A stretch of DNA of 64,000 nucleotides from positions 7,396-71,395 of the forward strand of contig CAMCXT010000008.1 of NCBI GenBank assembly GCA_945883545.1, written 5' to 3'. Numbering within the stretch: the first letter of the stretch is position 1; the number at the start of each line of letters is the position of its first letter. The position numbers and the translations under genes were made by a program. The notes under the pieces were generated by a model. The model was not told where the DNA came from. It did not search any database and saw only the letters and a list, made by a program, of their open reading frames with translations. Positions 57,743 to 64,000 of the stretch are shown piece after piece. This stretch comes from Chitinophaga pinensis (lineage in GTDB: Bacteria > Bacteroidota > Bacteroidia > M30B66).

Positions 57743-58282
57743 ATGACTAAGCAATTCAGTCAATTCATAATTATCATCTTCCTCTTGTTTTGCAACAATG
57801 TTCGTGGTCAACGAAAAGTTCAAACTACAGCACTGGGGGTTTCGGCGATCTACAATTTCCAAACAGAATCATTCGGTAACGGGCTTCGCTTGGCGATTCC
57901 TATTGGGAACCACTTTACCTTAGTGCCACAACTGAGCTATTTCTATCCCTTCAACCAAGTGCATGAACTGCACGAACAGGTGAACCTGCACTATATACCA
58001 TTCCGCCTTGGCGCTTTTTCTCCTTATCTCATTGGCGGTGTTTCAGCAAACCAATGGTTTAATTACGCAGAATCTCCATACAAAAATGCCAGCCCTTTGT
58101 CTATTTTAGCTGAAGTGGGCGGTGGGGTAACATTTCGCCGTAAGCGTTTAGGGATTTTTGCAGAACAACGCTACAATCCTATTTGGGAGGAAGGATCATT
58201 GCATGCAGGTGCATTGCTCTATTTCAAGAAAAATAAGAAACGCCGCGGCGGAAAAGGCAACGAATGTCCAGCTTACATGTAA
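57743..58282 (+). CDS. Small outer-membrane beta-barrel protein (OMP_b-brl-like)
   Basis: Signal peptide MTKQFSQFIIIIFLLFCNNVRGQ, then alternating beta-strand pattern. Basic C-terminal tail. Confidence 0.58.
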   Translation: MTKQFSQFIIIIFLLFCNNVRGQRKVQTTALGVSAIYNFQTESFGNGLRLAIPIGNHFTLVPQLSYFYPFNQVHELHEQVNLHYIPFRLGAFSPYLIGGVSANQWFNYAESPYKNASPLSILAEVGGGVTFRRKRLGIFAEQRYNPIWEEGSLHAGALLYFKKNKKRRGGKGNECPAYM

Positions 58283-58291
58283 AAACAGATC

Positions 58292-59224
58292 ATGAAAAAC
58301 TTACGCTTATTTTCAGTCATTCTTTTGGTTGCATCAGGTTGGATGATGACCAATAGCTGCTCAAAACAAAGAATCGAAGAGCCCATCCTCAATGCCTATT
58401 CGAAACCTGAAAAATTCATGTACGACAACCGTCCTGAAGAACAGGTATTCATTATCAATGGAGACTCAGCAGGACCAATCATCGGAAACCAAGGCACCCA
58501 CCTCTGGATGGACAGCACTCTTTTCATGTTCGCCGATAGCTCGGATGTACCCTACCCGATCACAATAAAGCTAATCGAATTGTACAAAGCGAAGGATATG
58601 ATGTTGTTCGAAATGCCAACGGTTGCCCAAGGAACACCACTTGTTACTGGTGGAGAAATCCGTGTTCGTGCACTCAAAGGAAACCTACCCATTTACCTCA
58701 AACCTAACAAGATTTACGCTGCGCAGATGCCTTCGGAGACACCATTGAGTGCTATGTCGATCTATTATGGCAGTGAAATCAGCGACAATTTGTTCGATTG
58801 GTTCGATCAAGCTTCAGCAGTTTCAAGCAACCCGGGCATCAACGCCTTAGAACAAATCAATACCGATTCTACCTTTTACAGTTTACTCATCCCAATGCTA
58901 GGATGGATCAATGCAGATTTCCTTTACACCTGGAGCAGCAGCAATGCCACTTTGAAACTCGAGTCGGATGTTGACGATCTCACCAATGTGGTGAAATATG
59001 CTTTCTACCCTCAAACGCGCTCGGTAGTTCAGTTTTATGGAAACACTTCTATCAACCTCCCTTCTGGCGAACCTGTAACCATCGTTTGCTTCGCTATGAA
59101 CACGCAAGGTGTGATGTTTAAGTACATCGAAACCGTGAATCCCAATGCTGGTGAAAACATCGTGAATGTAACCATGTCGCAAGTTACTGAAGATGGGTTG
59201 CTGACTTTGATGAATGATTTGTAA
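58292..59224 (+). CDS. Hypothetical lipoprotein
   Basis: Signal peptide with lipobox-like MMTNSC. 310 aa, no recognised domain. Confidence 0.55.
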   Translation: MKNLRLFSVILLVASGWMMTNSCSKQRIEEPILNAYSKPEKFMYDNRPEEQVFIINGDSAGPIIGNQGTHLWMDSTLFMFADSSDVPYPITIKLIELYKAKDMMLFEMPTVAQGTPLVTGGEIRVRALKGNLPIYLKPNKIYAAQMPSETPLSAMSIYYGSEISDNLFDWFDQASAVSSNPGINALEQINTDSTFYSLLIPMLGWINADFLYTWSSSNATLKLESDVDDLTNVVKYAFYPQTRSVVQFYGNTSINLPSGEPVTIVCFAMNTQGVMFKYIETVNPNAGENIVNVTMSQVTEDGLLTLMNDL

Positions 59225-59240
59225 GTCTTAAAAAGTACAA

Positions 59241-59275
59241 CGTATTTCGTAATTCGTATTTCGTATTTCGTATTT
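59241..59275. repeat. Heptanucleotide microsatellite (CGTATTT/CGTAATT) x5
   Basis: CGTATTT CGTAATT CGTATTT CGTATTT CGTATTT, flanked by the 10-bp inverted repeat GTACAACGTA (59235-59244) / TACGTTGTAC (59301-59310). Confidence 0.85.
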
Positions 59276-59342
59276 CGCTTATTCACAACGTTGTAATTAA
59301 TACGTTGTACGTTGCACCTATTTAGCTAATACGATCATTCAT

Positions 59343-59519
59343 CCACGGTCTAAAGTTCGAGGCTACGAATAATCCTAAATTATTTGATTAAGATTGGGGC
59401 ATCCTCCCCCCGGACTAAAGTCCGAGGCTGAGGGGAATTAATTGTAGCACTTTTCCCTTTCTCCTTTCCACTTCGCTAATACGATCATTCATCCCCGGAC
59501 TAAAGTCCGAGGCTGCAGG
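59343..59519. repeat. REP-like palindromic element cluster 2 (three copies, same family as 49455-49647)
   Basis: CCACGGTCTAAAGTTCGAGGCTACG (59343, degenerate), CCCCGGACTAAAGTCCGAGGCTGAGGGG (~59408), CCCCGGACTAAAGTCCGAGGCTGCAGG (59493). Copies 1 and 3 are both preceded by GCTAATACGATCATTCATCC. Confidence 0.85.
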
Positions 59520-59583
59520 TAATTAAGTGTAGCAAATTATGCTAAAGACTCAATACTAAGTACTCAAGACTCAATACCAAAGA

Positions 59584-61980
59584 CTAATTCACCTGCACCA
59601 ACCTCGTCGCTACCCTGCCATCTGCCGTAACCACACGAACCAAATAACTGCCAGAAGGAAGGTGCGACACTGGCAATTTAACACTGTGGTTTCCTTTCGA
59701 AACCGGAATGCGCCCCAATGATCTTCCTTGGAGGTCGTTCAGTTCAACATATTCAACAACTTCGTCTTTCCAGGTAATTTCAACTAGATCTTTAGCAGGA
59801 TTCGGAAAAACCATCAATTCGAAGCTCGAATCTTTCGCGGTTTTCAGACCTAAACTGCTGTCGATTTCTGCAAAAACATATTCTCCAAGCATCACACTGT
59901 CTAAAACGAAATAGCCGAATTTATCGGTTATGCTTGTGAATGTGGTTCTTGCAGCATCGGTTACTTGCCAATCGCTGCGATTGTCGGGGCGATACAACAA
60001 AAATAATTTTGATTCGTCGGTTACCAAATCTTGGTCTAGCCAACCTGCTGAAGAGCTAGCAGTTCGGCCATTGTACGAAAACTTCATCGTTGCTTCAAAG
60101 CCAGGCTTCAAAATCCCATCTACCTTCCAATAACGGTTAGGCGACAAACGATACATCGCAAACGGCTGCTTAAATGGATCTGGCTTCACCCAAAAATGAT
60201 CTACTCGAAGTAACACAGAATCCTGAATAGCATTCACATCAACTTCCAAAAGTGAGTTGGTCCATGCGGAATTTGCAGCTGTCTTGATAAACCGCTCTTC
60301 GCCCGTAACTGCCTGAGAAATCTTCTCTCCACGGTTCAGGTAAACCATCACAGGTTCAAAGTCGATGTCAACATCCACATAACCATTCGGACCACTCAAC
60401 AAGGCTGATCGGGTTTCAAGACTAAAGTCTGGACGTCGAAACGCGATTTCAAGTGGTACATTTTGGTAATTGTGTGTGTTTCCAGCCGATTTCTGACTGT
60501 AAAACACACGCACGCCTGCTCCAACCAAGGCAGTTGAATCCACTTCAAAACCAGCCCAGCCAGGAGTATCCACCCAATCGGCAAAATAATCGTTGAGATC
60601 CAAACCTGTTGGAGCTTCCAAAGCATCGCGCAGATCGTTCGAATTGGCATCAGCGAAACTGTAGGTTTGCATGTAATTCCGTAATCCCACAAAAAACAAA
60701 CTGTCGCCCATGTAGGTGCGCAAGGTGTGAATCTTGTCGGAAGGCAATTCATACGTGTGGTTGCTGTAAGTATAATCGTTCGGAACGTTGCTCAAGGGCC
60801 AATATCCACCATCGCGCACATGTGCGAAATTCAACATCAATCGGTGATTTACGCGCACTTCACTATCGTAGGTAGAACGCGAAATCAACCATTCATCGAA
60901 CAAACGCTCAGTGTAGGATGCAAAACCTTCATTCAACCACATGTGAGCAGCCGATTCACATGTCGCCAAATCGCCAAACCAATGGTGCGAAAGCTCATGT
61001 GCCATAATGTGCTGATTACCTGAAGCTCCAGCGCTCAATAAATCGCGTGGAAATGCAATGTTTGTAGCATGCTCCATCGCGCCTGCTTGAAACGGAACCG
61101 AAACATAACCCACACGATCCCACTTGTAAGGACCAAAATGTTCCTCGAAAAGATGAAAGATCGGCTCCAAACTCACAAACGAATTCTTCATCGTGGTTGT
61201 ATCCGCGGCAAGCGCTACCAACTTCACGTTCAGCGCAGGATTCAGCAAACTGTTGTAGGTGTAATTCACTTCCTGAAAAGGCGCTACAGCCACCGATGCC
61301 AAATAGGTCGGAATCTGCTGATTCAACTGCCAAACCATTGTGCGCAGGTTGTTTTCCACTACGTTGGATAGGAGAAGCCCGCCACAGTATGCTTTCAAGT
61401 TAGAAGGGGTAATCACAGAAACAGTGAAGGTGCTGCGTTCTACGAAATTGTCGAAACAAGGAAACCACACTCGCCCGAAGTTGTGCGGAATCGCATCGAA
61501 TCCAACACCAATATTGTACGCATAATTGCCCGAAAAACTGAAGCCTCCAAACCCCGATGCGTCTTCTACCGGAGTACCTTGATAGAACACTTCGACAGAT
61601 GATGAATCGCTGGTATTCAAGGCTTCTGAAAGTGTGATGTTCAATTGCGGATCGGTGTGACTAAACACTAAAACGTTACCGTTCTGCCGCACCGAATCAA
61701 CCGTTAGGCCTTCCAAATCCAACACAATCGAACTGATTTGATCCACCTTCGCTTTAAAATCCACCACGCATCGAGCATGCAATTCGTTCACTGGAAGTGT
61801 CGAAAAATCTAGATAAATCGAATAATGTGTGATATTGATACTGTCGCTTCGCGTATCGATATAATCGGAGGCTTGATTCCTGTTTGATTTGGTCTTGTTG
61901 CTGCACTGTGCGGAGGCTTGAGCCACAACGAATTGCGATACAAGTAAACTTGTAAAAAGCAGTAAACTTTTCATTTTCAT
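59584..61980 (-). CDS. M1-family zinc aminopeptidase with T9SS C-terminal sorting domain
   Basis: GAMEH, HELSHHWFGD (HExxH), WLNEGFASY. Signal peptide. C-terminal ...VFPNPAKDLVEI...GSYLVRVVTADGRVATRLVQVN. Confidence 0.88.
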   Translation of the reverse strand: MKMKSLLLFTSLLVSQFVVAQASAQCSNKTKSNRNQASDYIDTRSDSINITHYSIYLDFSTLPVNELHARCVVDFKAKVDQISSIVLDLEGLTVDSVRQNGNVLVFSHTDPQLNITLSEALNTSDSSSVEVFYQGTPVEDASGFGGFSFSGNYAYNIGVGFDAIPHNFGRVWFPCFDNFVERSTFTVSVITPSNLKAYCGGLLLSNVVENNLRTMVWQLNQQIPTYLASVAVAPFQEVNYTYNSLLNPALNVKLVALAADTTTMKNSFVSLEPIFHLFEEHFGPYKWDRVGYVSVPFQAGAMEHATNIAFPRDLLSAGASGNQHIMAHELSHHWFGDLATCESAAHMWLNEGFASYTERLFDEWLISRSTYDSEVRVNHRLMLNFAHVRDGGYWPLSNVPNDYTYSNHTYELPSDKIHTLRTYMGDSLFFVGLRNYMQTYSFADANSNDLRDALEAPTGLDLNDYFADWVDTPGWAGFEVDSTALVGAGVRVFYSQKSAGNTHNYQNVPLEIAFRRPDFSLETRSALLSGPNGYVDVDIDFEPVMVYLNRGEKISQAVTGEERFIKTAANSAWTNSLLEVDVNAIQDSVLLRVDHFWVKPDPFKQPFAMYRLSPNRYWKVDGILKPGFEATMKFSYNGRTASSSAGWLDQDLVTDESKLFLLYRPDNRSDWQVTDAARTTFTSITDKFGYFVLDSVMLGEYVFAEIDSSLGLKTAKDSSFELMVFPNPAKDLVEITWKDEVVEYVELNDLQGRSLGRIPVSKGNHSVKLPVSHLPSGSYLVRVVTADGRVATRLVQVN

Positions 61981-62067
61981 AGATCACAAATTTGCAGAAA
62001 AAAGACGCTTGAAACACCGCTTCCACCGAACCAAAATTCGGTTCTTCTCAATTTTGCACTTTCAATT

Positions 62068-62481
62068 CTACTTGCAATTGTCGCAGATCCCTTCAGCGCT
62101 GAGCTGGATTTTCGAAAGCATAAACCCAGCAGGCAAGTTCACTTCAGGGTAATCGTCGACCGCAAGGCAAAACACATTCATACAGGTATTGCAGTGGAAA
62201 TGCAAATGTTGATCATCGTGGCGATGCACCGTGCAATCATCCTGGCACAAAGCATAACGCGCAATGCCATCACGGCCAAGCACTTTATGAACGATGCCCT
62301 TTTCTTCCAACGTATTTAGAGCACGATACAAGGTTACCCGATCGGCATCACCATTAAATGCACCTTCGAGTTCGGCATGACTCACGGCATGTTTCCGCTC
62401 CTCCATGAATGAAAGCACTTTTCGACGAACTGGTGTGTTCTTCAAACCATGCTCACTGAGTAAATGTGCCGAACGATCCAT
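62068..62481 (-). CDS. fur: Fur-family metalloregulator
   Basis: ...TPVRRKVL..... wHTH, ...TLYRALNTLEEKGIVHKV..., HHDDQHLHFHCNTC and CDNC Cys pairs. 137 aa. Confidence 0.85.
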   Translation of the reverse strand: MDRSAHLLSEHGLKNTPVRRKVLSFMEERKHAVSHAELEGAFNGDADRVTLYRALNTLEEKGIVHKVLGRDGIARYALCQDDCTVHRHDDQHLHFHCNTCMNVFCLAVDDYPEVNLPAGFMLSKIQLSAEGICDNCK

Positions 62482-62506
62482 GCGACAAAGTTAAAAAAAG
62501 AACCAG

Positions 62507-62523
62507 ATGCAACTGAATTGCAT
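62507..62523. promoter_or_regulatory. Inverted repeat ATGCAA-N5-TTGCAT between fur and the TonB-dependent receptor gene, candidate operator
   Basis: Perfect 6-bp arms in the 86-bp divergent intergenic region. It does not match the classical GATAATGATAATCATTATC Fur box. Confidence 0.25.
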
Positions 62524-62567
62524 TTGAAACAAATTGCTACTTTTGCTTTCGAATTTGATCCTTCCTT

Positions 62568-64000
62568 GTGCTGAACAGATGCTTCCGTTTGATATTGTTG
62601 ATGCTGCTGATTTTGTCGGCAAACAACAATTTTGCGCAAACCATCGCTAACATTTCAGGAACGATAACCGACGAACAGGGCACTCCACTTCCTGCTGTTA
62701 CAGTTTTTATCCACGAAGTGTCGAAATCAACCCAAACCAATAACCTCGGAGAGTTCAAAATTTCAGGCATCAAGCCCGGAAACTACCATCTTCACTTGCA
62801 TCTGATTGGTTACAAGGCTGCAGAAATCGACCTGACTGTAGCGGCCATGAACGAACCGCTCAAAATCACCTTGCAACAGGCATCCATCGAGTTGAACAAC
62901 ATCACCATCGAGGAAAGCATCTTGAAATCTGGACAAAGAGAGCAATCTCAATCGATGCAAGTGGTTGATAAAGAATTCATGCTCAAAAACGGCAATGCTT
63001 CCTTGGTGAAAATCCTCGAGAATATTCCCGGCGTGAGTTCAATCAATACCGGACAAGGTGTTTCTAAACCAGTCATCCGTGGAATGGGCTTTAACCGTGT
63101 GGTGGTTGCCGAAAATGGTATCAAGCAAGAAGGGCAACAATGGGGCGGCGACCACGGTTTGGAGATCGATCAGTTTGCAGTTGACCGTGTGGAAGTCTTG
63201 AAAGGCCCGTCATCTTTGATGTATGGCTCTGATGGGATCGGTGGAGTTGTAAATATTCGTCCTGCGCCAGCTCCCGAACTCAACACCACACAGTCGGCAT
63301 TGCTACTAACTGGTCGTTCTGTGAATGATTTCGTGGGTTTGTCGGGTATGGCATCCATCAATAAAAACGATAAATTCTTCCGCGCTCGAATCTCTGTGCA
63401 AGACTACGCCGATTACCGTGTTCCGGCAGATTCGTTCATCTACAATTCCTACATCTTACCGATCGAAAACAAGCGCCTCAAAAATACGGCTGGCCGCGAA
63501 AGAAACGCCCAGTTCATGATGGGCACAAGCAAGAAATGGGGATATTCGACGCTCACATTCAGCGTGTTCGATCAAAAAGTCGGACTCTTCTCAGGTGCTC
63601 ATGGCATCCCGCGTAGCTACGAACTAAAACACGATTCAACCCACCGCGACATCGACCTGCCATACCAACGCGTGCAGCATTACAAGGCTCTTTCGAACAC
63701 CAGTTTGATGATTGGGAAGCACTGGATGGAAATCGATTTGGGCTATCAGTTCAACCACCGGAGAGAATTTTCTTCTCCACATGCACACGGGAAAGGCCCA
63801 CAGCCACAAGGAGATGTGGAGCTAGAGTTCAAGTTGCAAACCATCACTTCGAACGTGCGCTTCCATTATGAAGGACAACACGACCTTAAATGGGTGTTCG
63901 GAATCAACAACAGCGTGCAGCAGAACCGCATCGGAGGCTTCAGTTTCCTCATTCCGGTCTACAACAATTTCTCCTCGGGAGCCTTCGCGTTTATGCGGAA
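62568..64000 (+). CDS. TonB-dependent receptor (N-terminal CarboxypepD_reg-like and plug domains), 3' end beyond the window
   Basis: My own translation: (GTG)LNRCFRLILLMLLILSANNNFAQ signal, GTITDEQGTPLPAVTVFI...GNYHLHLHLIGY, plug motifs ...LENIPGVSS...PVIRGMGFNRV...DRVEVLKGPSSLMYGSDGIGGVVNI. Open to the window end and not listed in the ORF track. ATG 62601 is an alternative start. Confidence 0.85.
   Translation, partial: MLNRCFRLILLMLLILSANNNFAQTIANISGTITDEQGTPLPAVTVFIHEVSKSTQTNNLGEFKISGIKPGNYHLHLHLIGYKAAEIDLTVAAMNEPLKITLQQASIELNNITIEESILKSGQREQSQSMQVVDKEFMLKNGNASLVKILENIPGVSSINTGQGVSKPVIRGMGFNRVVVAENGIKQEGQQWGGDHGLEIDQFAVDRVEVLKGPSSLMYGSDGIGGVVNIRPAPAPELNTTQSALLLTGRSVNDFVGLSGMASINKNDKFFRARISVQDYADYRVPADSFIYNSYILPIENKRLKNTAGRERNAQFMMGTSKKWGYSTLTFSVFDQKVGLFSGAHGIPRSYELKHDSTHRDIDLPYQRVQHYKALSNTSLMIGKHWMEIDLGYQFNHRREFSSPHAHGKGPQPQGDVELEFKLQTITSNVRFHYEGQHDLKWVFGINNSVQQNRIGGFSFLIPVYNNFSSGAFAFMR

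Noticed and set aside
62442-62960. Minus-strand ORFs 62442-62639, 62537-62773 and 62763-62960
   Set aside because: They are antisense to, or overlapping, the plus-strand TonB-dependent receptor frame, which shows signal peptide, CarboxypepD_reg-like and plug motifs and stays open to the window end.

Overview
This 64-kb chromosomal window looks like a Bacteroidota (Flavobacteriia-like) genome. The signs are AT-rich DNA, no Shine-Dalgarno-type leaders, TAnnTTTG -7 promoter motifs, and several secreted proteins ending in T9SS-type C-terminal sorting domains. It holds about 55 protein genes, mostly housekeeping: glgA-glgC, a four-gene metal ABC importer, a UbiD-family decarboxylase, aconitase, a Pif1-like helicase, uvrB, mfd, rsmE, fbp, clpB, a short DnaE2-like polymerase, folE-queD, an ArnT-like glycosyltransferase with a PAP2 phosphatase, an M1 aminopeptidase, and fur next to a TonB-dependent receptor. 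There are two tRNAs (Arg-CCG and a CAT-anticodon Met/Ile2 type). I saw no rRNA, CRISPR array, transposase, integrase or phage genes. Four things are not explained by the gene list. (1) Two tandem arrays, 3 x ~234 bp at 1657-2288 and 3 x 141 bp at 46582-46956, carry a related non-coding, hairpin-rich core of ~85-95 nt with wobble and compensatory substitutions. These are candidate multi-copy structured RNA genes of a family I cannot name. (2) A WYL-regulator cassette at 54.2-56.7 kb has a WYL gene translationally coupled to a small unknown protein, divergent from a paralogue of that protein coupled to a UVR-motif coiled-coil protein. A third paralogue lies at 655-1062. (3) Six copies of a REP-like palindrome (CGGACTAAAGTCCG core) sit in two intergenic clusters. 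(4) Several genes look decayed or recoded: a glutathione peroxidase frameshifted in an A7 run, an AEC transporter reduced to 127 aa, a small lipoprotein-like ORF with TGA where the lipobox Cys is expected, and two other gene remnants. All calls rest on reading the sequence and on remembered family motifs; no searches were run.
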